From IMG/VR virus record IMGVR_UViG_3300037508_001008, positions 3,139-67,138 of that record: 64,000 nucleotides of DNA. The stretch is one strand, 5' to 3'. Both the position numbers and the translations under genes were made by a program. The stretch is from a virus. This document shows, piece after piece, positions 41,901 to 50,491 of the stretch (its first letter is position 1; the number at the start of each line of letters is the position of its first letter). Under the pieces are notes generated by a model. It was not told the DNA's origin, ran no database searches, and saw nothing but the letters and a program-made list of their open reading frames with translations.

Positions 41901-42432
41901 TTGATTTCATTCCAACTCTACTTGGATTAAAGTTTATTATCATTGAATTTAGAATTTCTCTAGCTGGATGATATGGACCAGTTTGTTCTACCATGAATTT
42001 AAAGGCGCTTCTATACAAGTTACCTGATGGTAATTCTACAGCTGGAGCTCCAACTTTTTTCAAGAGTTGAGGTATTCTCAATACGTCATTTACATAGCTT
42101 TCATATAGTTCATCCGCAGTTTTTTTATTAAACATATTTAAATTCATAGAGCTTCTTCTTGCAAGAAGCCTTGCATTTACATTTTGATTTCCTCTAACTC
42201 TTAATTGGGTAGCCATTGCTTGTTCTGCTTTTTTTTGCCAATCTGACATTCTATTTAGAAAATCTTCAGGTGCTCCAAAAATATCAACTAAATCTTTATG
42301 AGCTATTGACCCTTGTTGGAAAAACAAATTGATTTTAGGACCAGGTTTTTCAAAAGCTTTAAGTCCACCTTTTGCAGTAATTAGACCCTGCGTCTGCAGT
42401 GCATTTATTAGCCTTTGCCTATTACTAGCCAT
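38935..42432 (-). CDS. 1165-aa protein with a DEDDh 3'-5' exonuclease domain and a C-terminal TM segment
   Basis: ExoI FDVETTG, ExoII VAHNASFDI, VDTL, ExoIII-like SHVAKVD; VGIALAGLALTGIGYYI. Confidence 0.7.
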   Translation of the reverse strand: MASNRQRLINALQTQGLITAKGGLKAFEKPGPKINLFFQQGSIAHKDLVDIFGAPEDFLNRMSDWQKKAEQAMATQLRVRGNQNVNARLLARRSSMNLNMFNKKTADELYESYVNDVLRIPQLLKKVGAPAVELPSGNLYRSAFKFMVEQTGPYHPAREILNSMIINFNPSRVGMKSINISRSNILTHKTLKRMFEESAQKPSGNIFGSLSAGQKIITFDVETTGVFEGSQVRSMSASMMTVDASGKLVAPDSSQTRNLFMASKQLSGMTVSDTNNGLVSMNKFLAQIENDGKTSIDMADGGKKFLDEAEKFIQELLSADRLVAHNASFDITKMTETIEAQSAFGSHKGVQSALNQLYRKIDKGNYLVDTLGEARSYLQNQVEQIIQSSTATNVIQKSNQYVTSLYSQEILSTVHKGGSAAYASVENIALNTNLFELIENEGKAAELFKDIQKGSHVAKVDTLLQSYIAKYIHEDKLKISQLAQEPINDFGRFARAKIFQSQAITPTTTIADVQHMSDTVFKNVDPKKVTLSISDQLANKYSGKVGPGILSYISQPTDLETTMMPSQKFQGEGYYLLNNINQTGQQAANQFTFTKVGDSEASSMIEDVLRMARSGDQGAVTPINIGGVVQKINLEASSIIGTGWNYSQASAVNELEHIGALKIGKATKATDMQIIDAFSSVFKELGSGLDPVDQMRYAAGQDVLGSPFEAGMANYGLDVAKGIAKNFAAIGDPFAYMSMTDRVFSSVAAEATTGIAKAANIAGARAGYELSDIAFTATPKLTSALGIQVYEASQTARILDFGVEETNISKMQLPKLIAEQALERVSSAMGITTDGMEVSLSFADTQKNGLVANVVWDANSQLGKDGSKRLAEEIFNIMSDGDEVASIMDKDLQDLDQSVRTQVTGLSRIASEGGIKKQEALEAIERSLLDEGGGLIIGGARGEAAQALEAGLQRTGMETGTDVFLQERKGTVLKSGLQEDFFAVGPQVSKKTTSAVDSAKTAAAQATRVVTDPNGKQTSNAIQVANILTEKINESPGNKRLLIGRLNRAKAGKEANKMLDFYNFHKPKVGIALAGLALTGIGYYISKKHRERQLYDETLQSQPTEAARQYDSNMESKMAPPKMSLNSLRRDPLSTAGVVGNLDRAKIGHTRMGSRKDNHLFRGAM

Positions 42433-43144
42433 TATCCACTATCTCTTCCTCTGTGTCGATAATTTCTATATAATCATCTTTATCGTAGGTTCCAAGCTTC
42501 TTTTTAATAAGCTTTTCTCTTTCAATTTCTATAGACTGAACTTTATGAATAATATCTGATATTGCTTGCGCGGTATCAAGTTGAGTTTGTCCAACTTTTG
42601 CTTTTGCTTCTCGAGTTGCTAGTAGTTGATTTCTTAAATCTTTTCTTCTTTTATGAAGCTTATCCTCTAATTCAACAGCTAAGTGCAGTTCTTTTTTAAG
42701 AATAGGATTTCCATCTTTGTCAATTCCAATAATATTTTCTTGAACAAAATGTTCCTTAGCCAGCAGTTTAGTTTTACGTATGTATTGAACTTCTTGATCA
42801 ACAAGATCTCTAACCATAGAAACTTCAACTAGATTATCTGGGTGAACATCCAACTGCTCCATATATTCTGTTGTAAATTGTGCAACAATTGACATTTCAA
42901 TTGGACATGGATTTCCTCTTGGCGCTAAATTTTCCTGATACAAAGGACATGTCGAAGCAAATATACATTTAGAGCCTTCGCAATTCATGGGAATTGATGA
43001 AAACATAGACGTTCTAGTTTTTTGTGGCCTTATTAAATTAACTGCTTGTTCCCTTTGTTCTGTGGACCAGCTTTCTGGAAAAAATAAATCTGGTCTTAGT
43101 GACTCAAATTCTTTTAAAAATTTTGTTTTTTCAATATTAGTCAT
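42425..43144 (-). CDS. Hypothetical protein, possibly the terminase small subunit
   Basis: Four-Cys cluster then helices ending LLATREAKAK, like small terminases; upstream of terL in the same operon. Confidence 0.4.
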   Translation of the reverse strand: MTNIEKTKFLKEFESLRPDLFFPESWSTEQREQAVNLIRPQKTRTSMFSSIPMNCEGSKCIFASTCPLYQENLAPRGNPCPIEMSIVAQFTTEYMEQLDVHPDNLVEVSMVRDLVDQEVQYIRKTKLLAKEHFVQENIIGIDKDGNPILKKELHLAVELEDKLHKRRKDLRNQLLATREAKAKVGQTQLDTAQAISDIIHKVQSIEIEREKLIKKKLGTYDKDDYIEIIDTEEEIVDNG

Positions 43145-43307
43145 TTAAATCTATCCATTCGGTACTGTAGGAGCTGTCGGAATAAAACTTTTGTATTGTA
43201 ACACTTTTGCAATAGGAGCAGTAGTTGTCTCTGCATAAACAATCCAGTTTAAAGTCAAAATATTCACTGACTATTTCTGTTTGCTTATCACATCTAGGAC
43301 AGTTCAT
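43137..43307 (-). CDS. Small zinc-ribbon protein (56 aa)
   Basis: MNCPRCD...YCSYCK; overlaps both neighbours; below the ORF track cutoff. Confidence 0.6.
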   Translation of the reverse strand: MNCPRCDKQTEIVSEYFDFKLDCLCRDNYCSYCKSVTIQKFYSDSSYSTEWIDLND

Positions 43308-43707
43308 CCAAAACTTTCATTAAACCTTTTTGAAGTTTGTCTGCCAATTCCGTGTTGCGTTGTGCGCCGTAAAAAATTCCAACTTCTTTAACCTCATCTG
43401 CTGTTAGATATGAGCAGACTCTATAACGAGCACCTTTGCATATGTCGCAGTACTGTTCTTGTTGCTCTGAGTGACACACGCATTTTTCTATGATGTCAAA
43501 AAATTCTAAGCTCTGTGCAATATCGAACCATTTTGATTTAAATAGCTTTTTTGTCTGCTCTTTATAGGCTCGCAATTTCTGTGGATCACTTGATAATAAA
43601 GTTCCCATATCCAAAGAGTGTTTCATCAATTCATTTACACTTTTGTATAAAAAATTAGCTAATTGAAAATCTCCATTTGAATCTATATATTTTTTCCAAT
43701 CTTCCAT
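43294..43707 (-). CDS. Hypothetical zinc-binding protein
   Basis: CVC...CDICKG. Confidence 0.6.
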   Translation of the reverse strand: MEDWKKYIDSNGDFQLANFLYKSVNELMKHSLDMGTLLSSDPQKLRAYKEQTKKLFKSKWFDIAQSLEFFDIIEKCVCHSEQQEQYCDICKGARYRVCSYLTADEVKEVGIFYGAQRNTELADKLQKGLMKVLDELS

Positions 43708-43730
43708 TACATATCACATCTTTCATAAGT

Positions 43731-44045
43731 TTATGAGAATCTTCCTATACCTCTACCTGTTTGCGTTGGACCTCTATATGAAGTTCTAGATTCATTAGCG
43801 TTTGGTCTCATAGCAAATGGCGCTGCAACAAGTGGCGCTGCAACTGCAGCACGTCTACCAACTTGTCTAGCTCTTGTTTGATAGGCGGATTGAAAAGCTT
43901 TTGCTGCATCTTTTTTAGATGCCCCTTTTCCCGCTATTCCATACGCACTTCTATTTGAAAGGACATGTGATTTTATTTTAGATGGACTAGAAACCATTTG
44001 CCCTAGTGAGGCCATCATGCCTTTTGCTCCATATTTGCCAAACAT
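43731..44045 (-). CDS. Small basic hypothetical protein
   Basis: RBS AGGTAGG; basic, with one hydrophobic stretch. Confidence 0.55.
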   Translation of the reverse strand: MFGKYGAKGMMASLGQMVSSPSKIKSHVLSNRSAYGIAGKGASKKDAAKAFQSAYQTRARQVGRRAAVAAPLVAAPFAMRPNANESRTSYRGPTQTGRGIGRFS

Positions 44046-44062
44046 TAAATCAACCTACCTTA

Positions 44063-44281
44063 TTAGTACTTGTAAATTCCAGTTGGTCTGCCACCGGGCA
44101 TCTTGTCTACACCTCTGCCAGACCTACCTCTACCCATGTAGCCAATGCCACCTAATGCCGCTGATCCGGCGACTATTGATCTACCTTTATGGGCCATCGC
44201 ATAGCTTCCAACCCTTTTGCCTCCGGCAACCATTTTTGAGGTTAACTTTGCGTCTCTTGCTGCTTTCATTGGATTTATCAT
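44063..44281 (-). CDS. Small basic Gly-rich hypothetical protein
   Basis: In-operon ORF with one hydrophobic stretch. Confidence 0.55.
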   Translation of the reverse strand: MINPMKAARDAKLTSKMVAGGKRVGSYAMAHKGRSIVAGSAALGGIGYMGRGRSGRGVDKMPGGRPTGIYKY

Positions 44282-44283
44282 TT

Positions 44284-45705
44284 TTATTGTTCCTTTGATT
44301 TACTTCTTCTAATTGGTTTCTGAAAATCAAAAACAAAATTATCATTTAAATAATCTATATGAAATATAGTACCTTTTGGAAGGTTACTATACACAATTGT
44401 TTTAGCAATTGGTGTTTCGATTACATCTCTTCTAATCTGTGATATCCCTCTTGCGCCTTTGACAGTATCAATTCCCAGGTCAATTAAACCACTTATAACC
44501 CTATCGGTATAGGAAACGGATATTCCTTTTCTAGAAAGCTTATCTGCGATAACCGACATTTCTATTTCGGCAATCTTTTCACAGTCTTCTCTACTTAAAT
44601 GATTAAATACAACTATTTTATCCACTCTATTTAAAAACTCAGGTCTAAAGTATTTATTAATTGCCTCATTAGTATTTTTCTCAACTATTGATCTGGTTGG
44701 AATTTCTTTAGTTCTTCTTTCAAAAATAACATTCCTATTAAAGCCAGGACCGGTTGAAATTAAATTATCTACTGTTTTATCATTACCAAGATTAGTTGTC
44801 ATAATAATAATTGTATTTTTAAAATCTACTAATTCACCCTTGGAATCTGTAACAATTCCTTCATCAAAAATTCTTAAGAATGTATTCCAAATATCATTAT
44901 GTGCCTTTTCTACTTCATCTATTAGAACAACTGAATATGGATTCTTTTTAATTTGATTAGTTAACTGGCCACCTTCATCATGACCAACATAACCTGGGGG
45001 TGATCCAATTAATTTTTGATTCTCATGCTTATGTTGAAATTCACCACAATCAATTCTAACCATGGGGGCATCACTGTCGAATAAATACTTATGCAATGTG
45101 TTTGCTAAGTGTGTTTTCCCTACTCCAGAAGATCCGGCAAATAAAAATGTACCTAAAGGTTTATTGAGATCATTTAGGTCAGCTTGAGATCTAGATAGCG
45201 CTGCGACAATTTCTTCTATTGCTTGATCTTGACCAATGACATTAGATTTTAAATAATCTTCTAATCCTAAAAACTTTTGTCGTGACATTTTTCTAGGCCT
45301 AACAATCTTAGTTTGCTTAGTTTTATTTGATTTGCTAGTTTCTCTTAAAAACTTTTTTACTTGATCTAGGTATTCGCTTTCGGGATATTGATCACTTGGA
45401 GTCACTGGAGCTGTTGAGTATGCAATGTTAATCCAGTAATCTAAATCTAGACCTGGGTTAAGCATGATGCATCCTGCGTAGATGGCCTCTAAAGCTCGCT
45501 CTGCTGCGATGCGAGACAATATCGCTAGTGATGAAGCCACATCGGTGTTTAAATTGAATACAACCAATTGTAGAACTTCTTTGCGCAAATCTTTATTTTT
45601 CTTATTTTTAATACTATCTAAAAATGCAGAGGTATCTTCAGTAGACAATATTTTAAATTTTACGTTTGCGTTTAATTCTGGTACAAAAATTTGATATATC
45701 TGCAT
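44284..45705 (-). CDS. ClpA/B/C-type AAA+ ATPase containing only the D2 module
   Basis: VIGQDQA, GSSGVGKT, LIGSPPGYVGHDEGGQLT, LIDEVEKAH, FRPEFLNRVD, GARGI. Confidence 0.9.
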   Translation of the reverse strand: MQIYQIFVPELNANVKFKILSTEDTSAFLDSIKNKKNKDLRKEVLQLVVFNLNTDVASSLAILSRIAAERALEAIYAGCIMLNPGLDLDYWINIAYSTAPVTPSDQYPESEYLDQVKKFLRETSKSNKTKQTKIVRPRKMSRQKFLGLEDYLKSNVIGQDQAIEEIVAALSRSQADLNDLNKPLGTFLFAGSSGVGKTHLANTLHKYLFDSDAPMVRIDCGEFQHKHENQKLIGSPPGYVGHDEGGQLTNQIKKNPYSVVLIDEVEKAHNDIWNTFLRIFDEGIVTDSKGELVDFKNTIIIMTTNLGNDKTVDNLISTGPGFNRNVIFERRTKEIPTRSIVEKNTNEAINKYFRPEFLNRVDKIVVFNHLSREDCEKIAEIEMSVIADKLSRKGISVSYTDRVISGLIDLGIDTVKGARGISQIRRDVIETPIAKTIVYSNLPKGTIFHIDYLNDNFVFDFQKPIRRSKSKEQ

Positions 45706-45720
45706 AACGACCTTTCGGGC

Positions 45721-45801
45721 CTATATAAGTATATATTTATATATTAGTATTATATCTTAATATATAAGTATATAGTAAAGGGGGGAAGGGGGGAAGGGGG
45801 G
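45721..45801. repeat. AT-rich low-complexity tract followed by G6-AA-G6-AA-G6
   Basis: Seen directly in the intergenic sequence. Confidence 0.9.
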
Positions 45802-45845
45802 ATCATGGCTAGCTTATCACACGTGTCAAGTTGCACGCAAGCACA

Positions 45846-46007
45846 TTACTCACAATCTTTGGTATAATCTTCTAATGAAGGATGATCTTCTACACATGGT
45901 CCAGCAACAGCCCAATACTTTAAAAGATCTATCGGCGCATGCATTCGCTTGCGTAATAAGTAAATTGCTAAATTAAGTTGTTCATTTGTTATTTGAGGTT
46001 TGCTCAT
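45846..46007 (-). CDS. Small hypothetical protein (53 aa)
   Basis: AGGAG RBS; MSKPQITNEQLNLAIYLLRK...; below the ORF track cutoff. Confidence 0.55.
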   Translation of the reverse strand: MSKPQITNEQLNLAIYLLRKRMHAPIDLLKYWAVAGPCVEDHPSLEDYTKDCE

Positions 46008-46101
46008 AGCTACTCCTAAATGATATAATATTTGTTAACAATTATAGCATTTATGCTGGTCCTTCACCGGGACGTAACAATCGCAAAGGATTATAACTAA
46101 A

Positions 46102-47112
46102 ATGGAAAACGAAATGGCACAAGATTCTGAACAAGAAGTCATCTTGCCAAAGATGAAACAGGAATCTAAGGCACTCGAAGTGGCAATAGCTCAACTCCAA
46201 AGAAAATACGGTGCTGGATCAGTCGTTAAGCTTGGGTCAACAAGCGTTAAGCCCTGGGACTCAATTTCAACTGGAGCTGCAAATCTCGATGTTGCCCTTG
46301 GAATTGGAGGACTACCAAGAGGTAGAGTGGTGGAGATATTCGGACCAGAGTCATCTGGTAAATCTACTATCGCTCTAACAACAGTCGCCAAGGCTCAGCA
46401 AATGGGCCTCACGTGCGCGTACATCGACGCTGAGCATGCTTTGGACCCAGTGTACATGCAGGCCATTGGAATTGACCTAGACAACCTTTTATTGGCTCAG
46501 CCAGATCACGGAGAACAAGGTCTTGACATCGCAGACTCTTTAATTAGAACTGGTGACATTGGAATCATTGTTATCGACTCTGTTGCCGCACTTGTTCCAA
46601 AAGCTGAGTTAGATGGAGAAATGGATCAGGCACATATGGGACTTCAGGCACGCATGATGGCTAAGGCCCTAAGAAAGCTTACTGGACTTGCTGCTCAGCA
46701 CGGCACCTTAATCATTTTTATCAATCAACTGCGCAATAAGATTGGAGTTATGTTTGGTAATCCAGAAACTACTCCAGGAGGAATGTCACTTAAGTTCTAC
46801 GCCTCTGTACGTATTGATGTTCGTAAGCGTGAAGATATTAAAGATAAATCTGGTGATTCTGTGGGAGTTACAGTCAAAGCCAAGATTATCAAAAATAAGA
46901 TGGCGCCACCAATGAAAATAGTAGAGTTTGATATCTTATATGCTCGCGGGATAGATGAGTATGGTTGCCTATTTAATCTTGGAATGGACAGAGGAATCTT
47001 TACCCAAAAGGGCGCATGGGTTTACTATAACGGAGAGAACTTTGCTCAAGGGCGAGACAACGCTATTGAGAAGCTAAAGTCTTTACCGGAAATTATTCAA
47101 CAAATCAAGTGA
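46102..47112 (+). CDS. recA: RecA recombinase
   Basis: LGIGGLPRGRVVEIFGPESSGKST, IDSVAALVP, FINQLR, GNPETTPGG.SLKFYASVR. Confidence 0.97.
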   Translation: MENEMAQDSEQEVILPKMKQESKALEVAIAQLQRKYGAGSVVKLGSTSVKPWDSISTGAANLDVALGIGGLPRGRVVEIFGPESSGKSTIALTTVAKAQQMGLTCAYIDAEHALDPVYMQAIGIDLDNLLLAQPDHGEQGLDIADSLIRTGDIGIIVIDSVAALVPKAELDGEMDQAHMGLQARMMAKALRKLTGLAAQHGTLIIFINQLRNKIGVMFGNPETTPGGMSLKFYASVRIDVRKREDIKDKSGDSVGVTVKAKIIKNKMAPPMKIVEFDILYARGIDEYGCLFNLGMDRGIFTQKGAWVYYNGENFAQGRDNAIEKLKSLPEIIQQIK

Positions 47113-47118
47113 TCAATT

Positions 47119-47316
47119 ATGGCTTTCGAACCAACAACATGTTCTGATTGTAGTTATCCCCCAAACTTTACTGTTCTAGAAATGAAAAATAAAAAAAATG
47201 GTACTTATTTTTCTGTAAAATGCCGAGATTGTGGTGACTCATGGAACGAAACCGCCGACTCAAATTTTTCGGAAATTTTTTTTGAAATACCACAGGAGAA
47301 TCAAGATGAAGAATAA
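47119..47316 (+). CDS. Zinc-ribbon protein
   Basis: CSDC...CRDCGDSW with an acidic tail. Confidence 0.6.
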   Translation: MAFEPTTCSDCSYPPNFTVLEMKNKKNGTYFSVKCRDCGDSWNETADSNFSEIFFEIPQENQDEE

Positions 47317-47403
47317 CTTATACCAAATGTCTGTTTATGTTTCCTTATTAGAAATAGCCCAACAGCTTAGTGTAATTAAGTAAAAAAAAAGTACTATCAA
47401 CTC

Positions 47404-47685
47404 ATGGACTTCTTGAAGAAAATATTAAAGATCATCAGTGAGTCAGTATCTAAAGATGGTGTGTCTCATTACATTCATGAATCAAATGATGTAATAGAAG
47501 AACGCGTTATTACAGTCCACGCTAATGATGAAGGAATGATGATATTTTCTATATTTACTCCTGAACAATGGAGTATGGTCAGCGACATTGCTGAGCTATC
47601 TGAAAGAGACATAGAAGATGTCCTACGTGAAATAGCAGAAGAAGACGACATTGCGTCAATTGTCATAGATCCTAAAGAATTCTAG
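47404..47685 (+). CDS. Acidic hypothetical protein
   Basis: ORF ends just before the bidirectional terminator. Confidence 0.6.
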   Translation: MDFLKKILKIISESVSKDGVSHYIHESNDVIEERVITVHANDEGMMIFSIFTPEQWSMVSDIAELSERDIEDVLREIAEEDDIASIVIDPKEF

Positions 47686-47703
47686 TTTCGCCGGATATAA
47701 AAA

Positions 47704-47751
47704 CAAAAGAGGAGCGAATCCTACCTTGTGTAGGGAAACGCTCCTCTTTTG
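47704..47751. terminator. Bidirectional intrinsic terminator
   Basis: CAAAAGAGGAGCG/CGCTCCTCTTTTG between convergent genes. Confidence 0.8.
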
Positions 47752-47774
47752 CTATTTCTAAAGATTAACGATAA

Positions 47775-47993
47775 TCAGTAATCGTAGCCTGCTTCATAAC
47801 CCATTTCTTCCCAAATCTCAACCTGGTGAGAAGAAGAATATCCTACGTCTAAATCTTCATGGTTAGACTGTACAGGTCCTCCGAAAGGATTCATCCACTG
47901 AAAGCAGTGTGGACATCTTACGTTGGAACCTAGTAGTTCTTCTGCTACGACAAACTCGTGTCCGCATGTGGGACATTCCATATGTGAGCTCAT
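47775..47993 (-). CDS. Zinc-ribbon protein
   Basis: CPTCG...CPHC; RBS AAGGA. Confidence 0.65.
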   Translation of the reverse strand: MSSHMECPTCGHEFVVAEELLGSNVRCPHCFQWMNPFGGPVQSNHEDLDVGYSSSHQVEIWEEMGYEAGYDY

Positions 47994-48347
47994 TTGTTTT
48001 CCTTTGCAAGTGTAAGCATTGTGTGCTTGGTGTGTGTATCTATAGCTGGATTAGCCATGTACGTATGATAGGCATGTCTTGCATCTAGTTGCAACTTCTT
48101 ATAGGAACATTTGTGATTTTTTCCTGCGGCGTTTGTCACACTATATCGTAGCCTATATAAACATGTAAAGATTTATTAGAGGTAAAAATAGGGGAAAAAT
48201 TTATAGATGTGTTTATATATCTTTATATAAGTTTAATAAGGGATAAATAGAAGAAAAATTTATAGGGAGGGGATTATGAGTACATGTCGTGTACTTGGCC
48301 TTTAACGTGCCCACCGGGGTATGGGGTCTTAACAGAAAGGAAATGTA

Positions 48348-48650
48348 ATGATTACATGTATGAGTGATGTTATAGGAAAGTACGCAATGGACAGTGAGGG
48401 TAACGCGTTGCCCATGCGTAGATCATATACTGGGAAGTTTAGCGCCCATACGGGCACTGAAGTGTGGTTACGTGCAACCTTCTATGGTGCAGGTGAAACA
48501 GATGCAGTTCAGTTCGGGCACATCTGCTCAAATACAGAGTGGTTTAACCGCGAATTTCGTGGTCGTATGATCACGATTGAACAAGAAATGAAATATAGTT
48601 ATACAATGGGCGTATGGTACTGGACTAATACGGTCCACCACGCACGCTAG
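48348..48650 (+). CDS. Hypothetical protein (array unit 1)
   Basis: RBS GAAAGGA; ends at the first junction. Confidence 0.65.
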   Translation: MITCMSDVIGKYAMDSEGNALPMRRSYTGKFSAHTGTEVWLRATFYGAGETDAVQFGHICSNTEWFNREFRGRMITIEQEMKYSYTMGVWYWTNTVHHAR

Positions 48651-48838
48651 TTAAAAGAAGGTTTGTTCCCGGGGATTTCGGTCCTCGGGAACTTCCTTTT
48701 TTTGAGGATAGGCCATTGTCCTTGCTGGTAGCCAGAATGCAGGCATAAAACCAGTCCGGGTGACGCCGGTACATCAGTCAACGTAATAATCACGTTCAGT
48801 ACGTTAAGCTGAACAAAGGCATGTTTCTTGGAGGAATC

Positions 48839-49108
48839 ATGTTCTCATTCATTAATAAGAAGGTTGTATTGGTTATTGCGGCGATTGTCGCAATGTTGTT
48901 GGTATTGGAGCCTACCAGCAACTTGACAGTAGAAGTACTGTCCACCCCAAGTAATCTGGCCTGGACGCTCTTGGGCTTCCTGGTTGGCATCATCAATTGG
49001 GGAATGCTGGTGATGGTGGCCATTGGCTTCACCGTCGCCTACTTGGCCAGGACCCGGACCATTGACTGGTCACAGGTAAAAGCTTACTTCCGCTCAGAAG
49101 AAGCTTAA
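48839..49108 (+). CDS. Membrane protein (unit 2)
   Basis: GGAGG RBS; 2-3 hydrophobic helices. Confidence 0.7.
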   Translation: MFSFINKKVVLVIAAIVAMLLVLEPTSNLTVEVLSTPSNLAWTLLGFLVGIINWGMLVMVAIGFTVAYLARTRTIDWSQVKAYFRSEEA

Positions 49109-49349
49109 TACAATGAGGTGATGGTCCACCTCTTTAATAAAGAAGAAGGTTTGTTCCCGGGGATTTCGGTCCTCGGGAACTTCCTTTTTTTGAGGATAGG
49201 CCACTGTCCTTAAATCTGGTATCTGTTTAGTGTAAAACCAGACGATGTTTGTCACATTGTTAGCGTTGCAGACTATAGAACACCTGCAATTTAAAAGACT
49301 AGGAGACTACGCGAGCCTTAACAGCGTATTATGATTCCTAGGAGGAATT

Positions 49350-49796
49350 ATGAACGAAATGCAAATCAGAATCCTGATGCTCAGGATCTTGGGAAATATC
49401 ATCATGAGCAATGGCATCACCATGCTCGCATCAGAGGTGATCGTTGTTGACGGTCTCGTCTCAACCACGGTGCGCATGGGTGGTCGTGATTGCCACCACC
49501 AGCCCAACTCCACCAATCAGTGGTGGAATGCAATGTCAAATGTCTCGTACTGGGATTGGACAATTGTTAATGAAGCTGACCGAGTGGAAAATCACGGCAA
49601 CAAATTCCACGTGGGATGTCAGCTGGACTACGACATTGAGCAGATTGATTCTGCCCTTTATGTAGTTGAATGGCAAGTGAATCGTTTGCCGAAGATCACG
49701 ATTAGCAACAAGATCTCTGAAAATGAGATCAACTTGTTAGGTGACAGGTTGGAGGATCAATTTGGGCGAGTTGTACGCGCTCAAACTGTAAGTTAA
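49350..49796 (+). CDS. Hypothetical protein (unit 3)
   Basis: AGGAGG RBS; bounded by junctions. Confidence 0.7.
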   Translation: MNEMQIRILMLRILGNIIMSNGITMLASEVIVVDGLVSTTVRMGGRDCHHQPNSTNQWWNAMSNVSYWDWTIVNEADRVENHGNKFHVGCQLDYDIEQIDSALYVVEWQVNRLPKITISNKISENEINLLGDRLEDQFGRVVRAQTVS

Positions 49797-49923
49797 TAAA
49801 TAAGCCAGGGCCTAGCTAAAAGAATTGGAGTTCTCTCTTACGCATCCAGCGTAGGAGGGAACTCCTTTTTTTGGGATAGACCATTGGGGTCAATCTCACC
49901 TAGCTGATGGAGGTCAGCAAATT

Positions 49924-50187
49924 ATGAAAGTATCAGAAATAATCAACTCGTTGGTGTATCGTCAAACAGGCAGGGATGAATACATCCTTTTGCCTGAGGG
50001 TACTCATGTCATTGATACGAATGGCTTCTCAGAAGTCAAAATCGAGAAGCTCATCAAGGCCTTCATGGCTTTCGATGAGGCGTATGAGGGGAACTCAGTC
50101 TGGTCATTGCACCAGGAAGTAACAGTCAGCAAGAAGGGTACTTCAATTGTGGTGGATGTCTACCACGAAGAGAGCACTCTTCACTAA
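49924..50187 (+). CDS. Hypothetical protein (unit 4)
   Basis: GGAGGT RBS; bounded by junctions. Confidence 0.7.
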   Translation: MKVSEIINSLVYRQTGRDEYILLPEGTHVIDTNGFSEVKIEKLIKAFMAFDEAYEGNSVWSLHQEVTVSKKGTSIVVDVYHEESTLH

Positions 50188-50314
50188 GTAAGTAGATAAG
50201 TAAGTAAGTAAGTAGAAGGGTTGTTCCCGGGGATTTCGGTCCTCGGGAACTCCCTTTTTTGGGGATAGACCATTGGGGTCAGTCCACAACTCACCAACGA
50301 AAGGAGGTGAAATA

Positions 50315-50491
50315 ATGGCTCCCACCTGGGACTCGGTTGGTGTTTGTTCGCTTTGCGGACAGGACATAACTGTAGAAGAGGTGGTGGATTACCAGTACAA
50401 GCTCCCTACAGGGGAACTTGGAACAACGGTTCACCGCACCAGGGATGAATCCATGCCGCTCGTTCACGGGCAGTGCGTCGATTCTCTCTGA
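50315..50491 (+). CDS. Small Cys/His protein (unit 5)
   Basis: AAGGAGGTG RBS; CSLC...HGQC. Confidence 0.7.
   Translation: MAPTWDSVGVCSLCGQDITVEEVVDYQYKLPTGELGTTVHRTRDESMPLVHGQCVDSL

Noticed and set aside
497-45694. Plus-strand ORFs inside the virion operon (e.g. 18150-18812, 21648-22292)
   Set aside because: Antisense to well-supported genes; explained by codon bias
49265-49303. preQ1-I riboswitch-like stem with A-rich tail
   Set aside because: Loop lacks the expected 5' U-rich start and the downstream gene has no link to queuosine; resemblance too weak
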